A stretch of DNA of 64,000 nt, taken from positions 73,780,001 through 73,844,000 of the forward strand of contig NC_043007.1 in the NCBI RefSeq assembly GCF_006345805.1, given 5' to 3'. Each line of letters starts with the position of its first letter. The stretch's first letter is position 1. Below, in pieces: positions 36,881 through 49,795 of the stretch. The notes under the pieces are model-generated. The model was not told the origin of the DNA, did no database searches, and worked only from the letters and a program-made list of their open reading frames with translations. A program made the translations under genes and the position numbers. The stretch comes from Octopus sinensis. Its lineage: Eukaryota.

Positions 36881-37550
36881 TTTCGTCCTAAAAAACTTTG
36901 TATGGTTACCTCTATGGAAATATATACACGCACATTATACATGCATGTGTGTATAGATGAATATATAAATACATTTAAATATCTATATACACTTTTGGGC
37001 GATCTTTTCTGTTCTTAGAGATAACTTTAGATCTTATTTTCGTCCTAAAAAACTTTGTATGGAGTGAATGGTTACCTCTATGGAAATATATACACACACG
37101 TTATACATACATGTGTGCATAGATGAATATATAAATACATTTATATATCTATATACACTTTTGGGCGATCTTTGTGCTACTTAGAGATAACTTTAGATCT
37201 TATTTTCGTCCTAAAAAAATTTGTGCGGAGTGAATGGTTACGTGTATGGAAATATACACACACATTATACATACATCTGTGTATAGATGAATATATAAAT
37301 ACATTTAAATATCTATATACACTTTGGACGATCTTTCTGCTACTTGTATATACTTTAGATCTTATATTCGTCCTAAAAAACTTTGTATGGAGTGAAAGGT
37401 TACCTCTATGGAAATATATACACACACCATTATACATACATCTGTGTATAGATGAATATATAAATACATTTAAATATCTATATACACTTTTGGGCGATCT
37501 TTCTGCTACTTGGATATAGGTCTTATATTCGTCCTAAAAAACTTCCTGTC
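36880..37550. repeat. Tandem array of about 163-bp units (about 4.2 copies)
   Basis: TTCGTCCTAAAAAA recurs near 36880, 37037, 37203, 37366 and 37527. Confidence 0.95.
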
Positions 37551-38553
37551 ACATCACTCACGCACACGCACACACACACACACACACACGCACCATCACA
37601 CACACACACAACACGCACACACCCACACCTCACACACACGCACACACACACGTTAGCTTACAATTTTATTTATATATTTGCGTGTCTTTGTGTGTAAAGA
37701 GGAAGTGGCAGAGTGAAAGAGTCACTCAGTACAAAAAGTGATTACTTTCACTTTATTCGTTGCACACTGTGTGTGTGCGTGTGCGTGTGGTGTAGGCCAC
37801 ACTAAGAAAAGCATTTGACATATACACCACAATGTGAGTTTTCTCTAAATTTTGCTTATTTGGGGTTGAAATTTTAAAAACTGGACCTGGCACGACCCGA
37901 TGCATTCTACTCTTAAAAATGCTAGGTAAATTGTAAAATTAAAGTGTTTTTTAAAACTTTCTTCTTTAAACTTAAAAAAAATAATTTTTGACTTTTTTTC
38001 CCCCCATCATCTACGTTGGAAAATACGGAGATTAAGAATATGGAAAAATTAAACACAAATTCAAATTTTAATTTCAGATTTTTTATGAAAAACTCCGACC
38101 CAAAATCCCCAGCCATCCCGCTGTCTAAATGTGAAAAATGAACAGTTGTTTTGAAAGTAAAAAAAAACCCTTTAATTTCAAATTAATTACTTTGTCATAT
38201 TACTGCGGGAAATTACTCTGAAAGAAATCTTTGCAGAAAGGTGAGTAAATTGATTACATTATGTTAACGCAGTTTTGTGAAAATTGGTTGTTATTTCTAG
38301 TATGTGGATAGCCTGCTTGAAGGCGCTTAGTTTTCCCCTGGGGCTGGCCAGATTGGAGCAATCTCGAGTATAACCAGCCGAAATTGCAAAGATAATCTGG
38401 AACTCGACTGAGGAAAGAAAACTCCGAATTACCGTCCTTGTTTTCTTTGTTTCGTCTGTCTGGGTTTTTTGTTTTTCCTTTTTTGTATCACCTAACTGTC
38501 TGGATGTTTTGCATTCTTGTTCCATTTTTGTATTTTATATATGGGTTTTTTGT

Positions 38554-38725
38554 AGCTATTCATTACATATATATTTTTACATGAACAGGATCAGTTACGA
38601 TCAGGGCGTATCAAAGTGAAGCATAATAATGGCTGTACAGTCAACTACAAATTAATAGGTTACCAATCCAGGAAGTTCACTGATGTCTAGTAATCTGCAT
38701 CTCCGAAATTGGAAAGAACATATTG

Positions 38726-38759
<34 letters not shown>

Positions 38760-38800
38760 CACACAGACACACACACACACACACACACACCACACACACA

Positions 38801-38858
<58 letters not shown>

Positions 38859-39236
38859 ACTTAAGCATGCGATGACTGCCTATTTGAGACGTGGTAGTTC
38901 TTTTCTCTCTCCGTTTTTTCCCCTTGTTTATTCTTTCTGCAAAAGAGCACATACCTGAAAGGTGAAAAAAAAAAAATGAAAAAAGAAAAAAGAAAAAAGA
39001 CTTCCCAGCTATTTGCTAGAACTCATTTATAGCTGTTTGGACTGGAGTAACGTGAAATGAAGTGTGAACACAAAAAAACCGCCATTTTAGGAAGTGCGAA
39101 AGCACGACCTTTCGATCATGGGTAGATAATCATAACCACTAAGTCACGCGCCTCCAAGTTTGTATAAGATACGGATCAATATAGGAGTCGGAAGAAATAG
39201 AAAACTTATGATTTTAGTCCTGATACTTATACTATC

Positions 39237-39296
<60 letters not shown>

Positions 39297-39476
39297 TGTG
39301 TGGCATTAATATGTTCTCTCCAATTTCAGATACAGATTACTAGACATCAGTGAACTTCCTGGATTGGTTACCTATTAATTTGTAGTTGACTGTACAGCCA
39401 TTATTATGCTTCTCTTTGATATGTCCTGATCCTAACTGATCCTCTTCACATAAAGGTATATATGTAACGAATAGCT
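38554..39476. mobile_element. Foldback element with about 175-bp inverted arms extended by (CA)n/(TG)n
   Basis: 38554-38730 matches the reverse complement of 39303-39476 (e.g. GCATAATAATGGCTGTACAGTCAACTACAAATTAATAGG). Confidence 0.85.
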
Positions 39477-40796
39477 TCCTAGATTCTTTGCCAGGATTCG
39501 AAACCTAGCCCCGACTTTCTCTATCTACTCTCTTCTATTGTTCTCGGCTTTTAAACTAGGGAATTTACGAGAGCTAACTATCAAGCTTAGATATGTTCTG
39601 TTGTTTACGTGACTATTTCAAATCAAACAGATAGGAGACGGAGAATCCGTTATTTAGCCTGATCTAATTTAATTAGGAGGAAATATAAATCTAGAACCCA
39701 AATTCAGTTATTGCACCTTACGTTTTGGTGCTGACCTAAGAAGCACCTTGCGAGAGATTACACACCTTTCACCCTCTCTACTGGTCAGCACAAGTAGATT
39801 CTTTTACTTTTCCTCTCTCACTTCTTCCACCCGTCTTCTAGCAGTCAACAAAAGATGAATTTAACTACCTACAGAGTGGACAACGAAACTGAAAATAATC
39901 CGTGTCCAGTTTGTATTAAAATCTACGTATGTAACACCATCCACGGCTGCACCCATGTGTACAGGTGCACTTACATATATCATACATACATAGAGACACG
40001 CACATACACTTGTATATTTTCATTCATAAATTGCATATATACCTCCGTACATATACATGTATACTTTCAAACACATATATGCATGCTTACACACACACAC
40101 ACACACACACACACAGACCACACACGCACGTGGTTCCAACTTGGTTGAACGGTTCAGAAGTTCGCTTTACAATCACGAGGCCTCAAGTTTGACTTGAGAT
40201 CACCTGAGCTTAGGGTCGACTCAATCCATGTGGGATCTAATTTTTTTTCAATCGCAAAATATGCATTTTTCAAAAGACAGTAAAAATTCTGAGAATTGGC
40301 TATAATAATGTAGTTTTCCATTCTAATTGCTATGAAGGTTTGATGTAGTGGAGAAAAAAAATTAGAGGAAAAAGTTAGAGGCTTAAAAATCGAAAAACTC
40401 TGTATTTTTAGCCAATAGTGAGACAGAAATTTTCTGCGTTTAGCAGAGCTGTATCAACTTTAAGGTTGTACCGTGTGAAATTTATAGTTTAGCGCCTGTG
40501 AAAAGACCGCTCCAGTGTAGGTTTCTAAATAAACTGAAATACCTAATAAAACCAACAGGTATCATCTTACTGTTTCTTTTGTCTCTTCATTCATTGTATG
40601 TTTTTATTATTATTTTTTAATTTGTCACATTAATATATTTGTCTGCATGTGTTTATGCGTATTTCAGTATTATGTATATCTGTCATGTATTTGTGTACAT
40701 CATTAATATATAAGTGCGTTGCGCGCGCGTGTGTGAAAACTTCAGAGTTGAGTAACGCTTTCATGCTTGGATTTGTAAACTACGATAAGAATAACA

Positions 40797-41861
40797 GGTT
40801 AATATAAAGACTGACTCCCGTTAAGAAAAAAAAAAAACGTAACTTGTTAGTTGTTAAAAACCATGCAGAAAACGAATATGTAAAAAAAAAAAAAACTGCG
40901 CAAACAACGTGGGGGGAGGAAAATTCATGAGATCCGACTTTTCCCTCATTACTTCGAGGAAAATGGATATATTAATGAAATTTTATAGAAATACCGTTCA
41001 AATGGCACAAATTACGATTATAAAGAAATTTCTGGGGAAAAATCTTTCCGAAGGGGTGGGTAGAAGACTGTCGGAAAATTCACACGATCCTTTTGTTTTT
41101 TCCCTCATAACTTTCAGGAAAATTGATATCTTTCAATGAAATTTTACAGAAACACCTTTCAAACAGCATAGATTACGATTGTAAAGAAATGTATGGGGAA
41201 AATGTTTTCTGAAGGAGTGGGGAGAAGACTGTCAGAAAGTTCACACGATCCGTTTTTTTCCTCCCCATAGCTTTCAGGATCTAGTTTAGCGCCCGGTTAT
41301 CAAAACGTTTTTTTTTTTCACCGGATTCCTATGTTTTCGAAGACGGAGATACCGAATATGCAAAAAACCACGTTTTCAAAATTTTAAATTCCACCCAACC
41401 CCAAATTTTTAATTTTTAATATTTTTTCGAATTTTCTTTTCAATCTATGTGGGGAAAAAACGGAGATTAAGAATATGGCAAAAAAAAAAAAACATCTTTA
41501 TTTAAAAATTTTTATGAAAAATTTAAAAAATTGATCAACTCCCTCCCCGCCATCCCATTTCGCTATCTAAAAGTGAAGATGAACGGCTGTTTTGTCCGTT
41601 TCCGCATGCGTAGATTTATAATGAAGCAGCAAACGGATCATGGCATGTGAAGCCCTCATCACGAAACTCGATATGCTAAAAATAACAAAAATTGGATCTT
41701 GTGAATTTTCCGAAAGCCCTCTCCCCCACCACCCCCACGTTCGTACGTTCGTTGGTACAATTTTTTTTTTTCATATCGTTTTCTACACAGTTTTTAACAC
41801 CCAGCAGGCTGTTTTTTTAAAATTTTGTTTTTGTTAACGGGAGTCAATCTTTATACTAACC
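40797..41861. mobile_element. 1065-bp non-autonomous TIR element with 8-bp TSD and internal repeats of about 160 bp
   Basis: TIR GGTTA(A/G)TATAAAGA(C/T)TGACTCCCGTTAA; TSD GAATAACA at 40789-40796 and 41862-41869; internal unit recurs near 40920, 41074 and 41235. Confidence 0.9.
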
Positions 41862-42151
41862 GAATAACACTGGTCAACAAAGAATTTGTCCTAAGAAAAA
41901 GAATACTTGTATCTTACACGTTTTTTGCATGTAGAATTCAAAAATAAAGTTAAATTATCTGTATTAAGTTCTCATATTCCATTCCCCTTCAAAATGCCAA
42001 GGAACTGTATAGACATTGCAAATATTGAAAAATATGTAGAATATTAAGGCAATTGTCGAAAAATATCTATAATAAAATTCTAAGTGATAAATATAAATTT
42101 TTATTAAAACAAAACATGCGGGTGAAGTAAATCTCGTGGTGTGAAGAATGT

Positions 42152-42383
42152 ATTTCTTTATTACCCACAAGGGGCTAAACACAGAGGGGACAAACAAGGA
42201 CATACAAACGGATTAAGTCGATTACATCAACCCAAGTGCGTAACTGGTACTTAATTTATCGACCCCCAAAAGGATGGAAGGCAGAGTCGACCTCGGCGGA
42301 ATTTGAGCTCAGAACGTAACGGCAGACGAAATACGGCTACGCATTCCGCCCAGCGTGCTAACGTTTCTGCCAGCTCGCCGCCT
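42152..42383 (-). mobile_element. SINE family A, full length
   Basis: Reverse match from tail to CAGCTCGCCGCC head. Confidence 0.9.
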
Positions 42384-42601
42384 TCGTGGTCTGAAGAATC
42401 AATACAACATGCGGGTGAAGTGAAATATAACACAATGTGCGGTTGTCATGGTAACAAGCTGTTAATGCCTCGCTGTCTGTTGATTGGCTAAAATTCTCCA
42501 AATTTTCCAACTTTAATTTACGAGATAAAGTAACTGGTTGATCGTAATCCGAATTCAGAGTTGCATCGATACAACAACATCAAAGGGGGCTTATTTTACG
42601 A

Positions 42602-43495
42602 ATGAAAAAGACTAGATCTGCCATGTGAGTAAAATTGGGTTGACGGAAACTGTGCGGAAGCCCGATTTGCAAATTGTACCAGTAACTGAAAACTCCAATC
42701 TTTTCACGTCAGTTCCATTTCCCACGTTCATTTGGTGTAACACGTAGGATACTCAACCAGTTTGATGTTGATTCACTGAGCGTGCAGTTCATTTGATCGA
42801 ACAACTAAACATTGATTTTGCTGGAGAATTACGTTAAAGTTGCACGTATCTGTGGAATGGTCACAGCTGAATACTCATCTTCGAAACCAACGGAGATCCA
42901 TTTTATCCAGAATTCCTTAACCATAAACGGAGAGATGCCGCAGAATGGTGTCCGAGCGACAAAGGTCGTGTGGCTGCACCACAAAATTTAAAAGTGGATA
43001 CAATCGCTTTGTATGACTCGATCATAATGAAAATATCGCAATGATGCTAATTTAACTTCGTAATTAAAATTCACATTTTAAGAAGCACTTAATTGCCATT
43101 CTCTTACTTAGCCTTCACTCCCAAATCATCCAGTAGTTGTCTCCACTTGTATTTTGATGTGAAATTATTGCGATGTTCAGCAGCAGCGGGGAATAAATAG
43201 TTGTTCCTAGCTATTTCACTGCATCCCCTTCTCTCCCTCTCTCTCTCTGTCTCTCACTATGGGCAGCAGTAACAAAACTAATTATACGTTGTTGGATCAA
43301 TGCTGCTGCTATTATAAAACAGAACGAAATCTCTTCTTTATCAGTTTATGTTTCATATCGCTTGTCGCTCTGATTTCGTCTTTTATTCAAACAGACTACT
43401 TAACAATCCGCTGTTTCATTTAACAATTATCTGACCATCAGTTTAAAGGCAGCAACTCCACCATCGTACTCTGAGGAAGCGAACAAGAAAAGCAT
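42602..43495 (+). CDS. Candidate first coding exons of an unknown host gene (42602-42624 and 43442-43495)
   Basis: ATG...GCCAT|GTGAGT donor; CAG|54-nt exon|GTAAGT; phase 2 joins in frame as MKKTRSAILKAATPPSYSEEANKKS; unique CpG-retaining sequence; inverted CCAAT at 42483. No homology recognised. Confidence 0.3.
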
Positions 43496-44509
43496 GTAAG
43501 TAAATTTAGAGACAGCTTTTATAAATGCCATCATTTCTAAAATGTGGTCTATTCATCCTAACTCTAATTGATGAAGAACTATATTTACTCTTTCTTTTAA
43601 TTAAAAGTCGCTAAAACATAGCGTCATTAACATAATAATTCTTCAGACCTTGTTTAATTGAATATTAATTGCAGTTTAAAATTAAGTTTTACTTTGTCTT
43701 GTGCAATCATAATGGTTTCTTTTATTCTACAAGAACATAGGATGTTATAAATGTTACCGATAAGCAAAATTCCAATGTTATTTTAGAGTCTTCTATGTTT
43801 AGACCGATGCAAATATTCTGCGAGGGAATGTTCATTACAATACTTTACAGTTAACCGTGTGCTTTGCCTTAAAGAGAAGTGCATTTCCCATGCATTTTGT
43901 ATCGATATTTATAACGTTTTCATATACGAACGGGATTATGTGTGCAGCTTATATTTAACATTTTAATGCAAAAAATAAAAAAGAGAGAGGAAATGAGAAT
44001 TCGTGTTTTTCCCATCGCTGTTAGCCGTGAAAGTCAAATGAGATGGCGACAGTTAAGTATGAGTTATAATTAAAATAATTATTCTGATTTCCTACGTAGA
44101 CAGAAACGGTTTAATGCTACTGCTAATAATAATATAGGCACAAAGCCTAGAATTTGTACGAAGGAGGGTAGTCGATAATGTCGATCCCAGTATTTATGGT
44201 TCCTTTATGCCTGGAAGGATGGAATGGTAAAGTTGACCTCGGCAGTACTTAATAATCTGAATGTATTGAGTCGTAGGCGAAATATCGCATGGCATTTTCT
44301 TGGATGATTTCGCGACTCTTCAACATGCAAAAAGTAAATGTATTTTGAGAATTATGATATATATGTGGTTGTGTGTATAAATTCGTTTCGTAACTACATA
44401 CACTTGGTTTCGAACCTAGAACACACGCCCCCCCCCCGAGAGCATTTTAATTTATAACCTCGTATTGACCAATGTTGTTTTAGTGGATTTTGGTAGAGGA
44501 AGAGTGGAA

Positions 44510-44771
44510 GCCTATATATATATATATATATTATATATATATACACACATATATATATATATATATACACACATAATATATATATATATACACACATATA
44601 TATATATATATATACACACATAATATATATATATATATATACACACATATATATAGATATATATATACAACACACACACATATATATATTATATACACAC
44701 ACACATATATATATATATATATACAACACACACATATATTATATATATACACACACCACACATATATATAT

Positions 44772-44816
<45 letters not shown>

Positions 44817-45052
44817 TATTATATATATATACACACACATATATATATAATATACACACACACACACATATTATATATACACACACACACACACATAATA
44901 TATACACACACACACACATATATATATATACACACACACATATATATATATACACACACACATATATATTATATATACACACACTCACACACATATATTT
45001 ATATATATACACACACACACACATATATATTATATATATATATATATATAAT

Positions 45053-45090
<38 letters not shown>

Positions 45091-45925
45091 CACACACACA
45101 TATATATATATATATATACACACACATATATATACACACACATATATATACACACATATATATACACACATATATATACACACATAATATATACACACAC
45201 ATATATATACACACACATATATATACACACATATATATATACACACATATATATACACATATATATATATACACACATATATATACATATATATATACAC
45301 ATATATATATATACACACATATATATACATATATATATACACATATATATATATACACACATATATATACATATATATATACACACACATATATATACAC
45401 ATATATATACACATATATATATACACACACATATATATACACATATATATATATACACATATATATACACACATATATATATATATATACACATATATAT
45501 ACACACATATATATATATATATACACATATATATACACAACATATATATATATATACACATATATATATACACACATATATATATATACACACATATATA
45601 TATATATATACACATATATATATATACACATAATATATATATATATATACACATATATATATATATACACACACATATATATATATATATATACACATAT
45701 AATATATATACACACATATATAATATATATATATAATATATATATATATACACATATATATACACACATATATATATACACACATATATATACACACACA
45801 TATATATACACACACATATATACACACTTATATATATATATATACACACACACACATATATATATACACATATATATATATATATATACACACACATACA
45901 TATATATATATATACACACACATGT
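44510..45925. repeat. Compound (TA)n/(CA)n microsatellite array of about 1.4 kb
   Basis: Directly visible; source of the 265-439 aa C/V/Y/I ORFs. Confidence 0.98.
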
Positions 45926-45929
45926 ATAA

Positions 45930-46270
45930 CTACAGATGTGTACCCCACCGACTTTGTTGCCTCATAACTTCCAGAAAAATTAACACTTTTTAGCGAAATT
46001 TTAAACAAATACTGCTTAGATGTTGTGGATTCAGAGTATATAGGGATTTCTGGGAAACATGTTTTGCGAGTGGGGTGGTAACAGGAGTTTCGGAAGATTC
46101 ACACGATCCAACTTTTTTTCGCTCCTAACTTTCAGGAAAAATGGATATCTTTCAATGAAATTTTGTACAAATACCTTTCAAAAGGCATAAATTACGATTA
46201 TAAAGAAATCTGTTGGGAAAATTGTTTTCGAGGGGTGAGGAGAGGAGTTTCGAAAAAACAGAGTTTTGGA
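45930..46270. repeat. Dispersed copy of the about 160-bp unit found inside 40797-41861
   Basis: TTCACACGATCC...AACTTTCAGGAAAA.TGGATATCTTTCAATGAAATTTT...AATTACGATTATAAAGAAAT. Confidence 0.75.
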
Positions 46271-46983
46271 TCAGGACGACTAAATAAGTTTGAACTACTC
46301 CTTTTTGACGGGGATTTTTCCTATTTTTAAAAATTTCATCACAGCCTTCGAAATGATGGGGATGGGCGGGAATCGTTTTATTAAATAAGTTTTTAGAATT
46401 TTTTTCACACCCCCTATCTCTCACCGTCTCACTCCGGATCAATTTTAGCCAATTATTTTAACTTAAAAACCATGGGAGAAGCCTTCTCGGTAAACAAAAA
46501 CAAAACAAATTGTAAATATATTCAGAGGAAAACGTGTACGATTCAAAGGAGATTTGGCTGTTGTTTCTAGCACATCCCAAACCACCCTCCGTTTTCACTC
46601 TCACATGTATTGATGATTTTTTTTTCAATATTTTTCTCTTATTAAACACATTTTATGGAATGATGATGCCGAAGTAACACTCGCGTTGCCCATTTGGTGG
46701 GATATAAGCAACAAAATCAACAAAAAAAAATTTGTAATTTAAAATTTGACCACCTCAATCAAGCGAAGCCGCGTGTGTGTGTGTGTGTAAGAAAAAACAA
46801 TTTCTAACAGAAAATTATGAATTATCGTTTACATACCTCTGTTTTTTTAAATCACTGTGGATAAATGCCAGCAATAACCTTCCGGAAACAATTTGTTGCA
46901 AGGAGTGAGGTTGCAAAAAAAATCAAACTTTTCAAATTTTTTTTTTTATAGCATATAAATGTATTTATGAGGAGAAAGATATT

Positions 46984-47390
46984 ACTCTTTTAATCGTTTC
47001 ATTTGACTGCGGCCATGCTGGAGCACCGCCTTCAGTCGAGCAAATCGACCCCCAGGACTTATTCTTTGTAAGCCTAGTACTTATTCTATCGGTCTTTTGC
47101 TGAACCGCTAAGTTACGGGGACGTAAACACACCAGTATCGGTTGTCAAGTGATGTTGGGGGATACACACAGACGCACAAACACATACACTCACCTATATA
47201 TATATATATATATAAAAACACACATATGACAGGCTTCTTTTCAGTTTCCGTCTACCAAATCCACTCACAAGGCTTTGGTCGGCTCGAGGCTATAGTAGGA
47301 GACACTTGCTCAATGTGCTACGCAGTGGGACTCCACCTAGGACCATGTGGTTGGTAAGCAAGCTACTTACCACACAGGCACTCCTACGAC
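46984..47390 (-). mobile_element. SINE family B, full length, directly downstream of a 5S copy
   Basis: Head GTCGTAGGAGTG at 47390 through the tail near 46984. Confidence 0.9.
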
Positions 47391-47403
47391 TGGATAGAAA
47401 GAT

Positions 47404-47521
47404 GTTTACAGCACATCGGTTTCCCAAGCGGTCACCCATCTAAGTACTAACTAGGCTCGACGTTGCTTAACTTCGGTGATCGGACGAGAACTGGTGTTTT
47501 CAAAGTGATATGGCTGTAAAC
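47404..47521 (-). rRNA. RNA5S: 5S rRNA gene copy, full length (functional status unknown)
   Basis: GTTTACAGCCATATCAC...GTTCTCGTCCGATCACCGAAGTTAAGCAACG...GTTAGTACTTAGATGGGTGACCGCTTGGGAA...GCTGTAAAC; perfect 9-bp helix I. Confidence 0.9.
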
Positions 47522-47825
47522 ATTGAAAAACCTCAATACATTCAAGAGTAAGAAAGAAAGAAGTGGGGTTATCTTAGGATGTGCTAGAAACAACAGCCAA
47601 ATCACCCTTAAATCACTCATTTTTTTCCTCTGAAAATATTAGCAATTTTTTTTTAAATATTTTTTTTTTACCGAAAAGGCTCCTCGCATGGTTTTAAAGT
47701 GAAAAAAAATGAGTCACTCACATATTTGTAACAAGATCGAACCGATCTTGTTACAAATATGTGAGTGCCTCTTTTTCTGACTTACAAACTACTAAACAAC
47801 TATAGACCTATATATATCATCATCA

Positions 47826-48404
47826 TCACTATCGTCGTTTAACATCCATTTTCCATGCTAGCATGGGTTGGACGGTTAGACCGGGGTCTGGGAATCCAGG
47901 AGGCTGCACCAGGCTCCAGTCTGATCTGGCAGTGTTTCTACAGCTGGAGGCCCTTCCTAATGCCAACCACTCCGTGAGTGTAGTGGGTGCTTTTTACGTG
48001 CCACCAGCAGTAGGATACAGCCATGAACTCACTTTATTTGCTGGGTCTTTGCAGTCACAGCATATCTCCAGAGGTCTCGCTCTTTCATCATTGCCTCGTT
48101 GCCAACATTGGAAGGTCATGCTTGACCACCTCATCCCATGTCTTCCTGGGTCTACCTCTACTCCAGATTCCTTCAATTGTTTGGGAGTGGCACTTCTTCA
48201 AACATCTCTCCTCATCCATCTGTAGTACATGACCATACCAGCGCAAACGTCTCTCTTGCATGCCACACCCTATGCTTCTTATGTCCAACATTTCTCTCGG
48301 GGCGCTTACACACAGTCGTGTGTGCACACTGACATTACATCTCCAGCAGATCATGCTAGCTTCATTTCTTTCAAACCTATGCATGTCCTCCGCAGTCATG
48401 GCCT
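47826..48404 (-). mobile_element. RTE-type LINE 3' fragment with (GAT)n tail
   Basis: MTAEDMHRFERNEASM...RRLRWYGHV...SRGRPRKTWDEVVK, followed by the 3' UTR. Confidence 0.9.
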
Positions 48405-48892
48405 ATGTTTTAATATTTTTTTTTTACCGAAAAGGCTCCTCCCATGGTTTTAAAGTACAAAAAAATGAGGCACTCACATATTTGTAACAAGATCAACCGA
48501 TCTTGTTACAATTATGTGAACGCCTCTTTTTCTGACTAACAAACTACTAAACAACTATAGACCTATATATATCATCATTATCATCATTTAACATCCACGT
48601 ATGCATTGTACAATTTACCTTTCACTCTGAGCGAGAGGCCCTTTGTCACCAGTAGGGGTAGAAGCTTTCTAAACTTTGCCCAGTTTTTTGTCGATCTGGC
48701 AAAAAAAAAAAAAGGACCAAGTTTAAAATGCTACAAAAGAGAAAAAAATCTGAAAGAACTTAGATTTTTCTGTGAAATGTTCTAAGGAGAAAATTGTGGG
48801 AACTTGGGGAGAAAATATAAATAATTAGAAATGCTATATACCCTCTCTCTATTTCGGAGAGGCACAAGCACCTACACGCACATATACACACA

Positions 48893-49047
48893 CGGCAGTA
48901 ACTTCCGCCTGCCGAATTCAATCACAAAGCTTCGGTCGGCTCGGGGCTATAGCAGAAGACACCTACCCAAAGTGCCACGCAGTGGGACTGAACCCGAAGC
49001 CATGTAGCTAGGAAGCAAGCTCCCTAACCACACAGCCATGCCCGCGC
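48893..49047 (-). mobile_element. SINE family B, left part
   Basis: Reverse match to the head and CORE-like region. Confidence 0.8.
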
Positions 49048-49588
49048 CTATATATATATATATATATATATATATCATTTCTAATTTCATTCCATAACTG
49101 TCATCTTTGAAGAGTGCAGGTTACATAAATAGGCTGTTACCCTATACTCTGGAGAAGCCCTAGTGCAAAACTGATTGGTAAAATCAGCCATAATGGACAT
49201 GTAATACTGTACATGCTCATTTATATACATACATACACACACCCAGTACACACTGTAAAGTTGTCGGCATTGGTAAGGGCAACCAACCATAGAAACCACG
49301 GCAAAAACAGACATTGGATCATGATGCACGGAACATGGACATTAAATGATGCTATTGTATATATATATCTAGTATATATAAATCACAGTATGTGTGCGTA
49401 TAATGACTAATGCATACATTTCCACAATTTTCAACTGATTTTCACCAAACTTTACACACACTTTACTTATGTCCCAAGGATGGTCTCATGCATTATGACA
49501 TGTTGCTCAGAGCTCCCATGCAAATGGCTGTAAATGGATATAGTTCAGTTCTATATTTAAGAGATGAGTAATTATGAATATTATTTAA

Positions 49589-49754
49589 ATTATTTACATT
49601 TGACAGGTGTTTGTCCTCATGTTGTTTGTTGTTAACACAATGTTTTGGCTGATATACCCTCCAGCCTTCATCAGGTGTCTTAGGGGCATATGGTGTAGTG
49701 GTTAAGAGCATAGGCTATGAACCCTGAGATTTTGAGTTCGATTGCAAGCAGTGA

Positions 49755-49795
<41 letters not shown>

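Noticed and set aside
36880-37550. CRISPR-like array
   Set aside because: Units repeat along their full length with no unique spacers; eukaryotic context and no cas genes.
38685-38720. CTGATGT...GAAA hammerhead-like motif in the foldback arms
   Set aside because: A9 is absent and there is no GUH site or proper stem III.
39461-39934. Solo LTR starting TGTAACG
   Set aside because: The apparent start belongs to the inverted arm of the 38554-39476 element and there is no TSD.
44394-46008. Long ORFs of 265-439 aa (also 53130-54365, 60975-61511, 16560-19678)
   Set aside because: They are stop-free translations of TA/CA/TG dinucleotide arrays (C/V/Y/I/M only).
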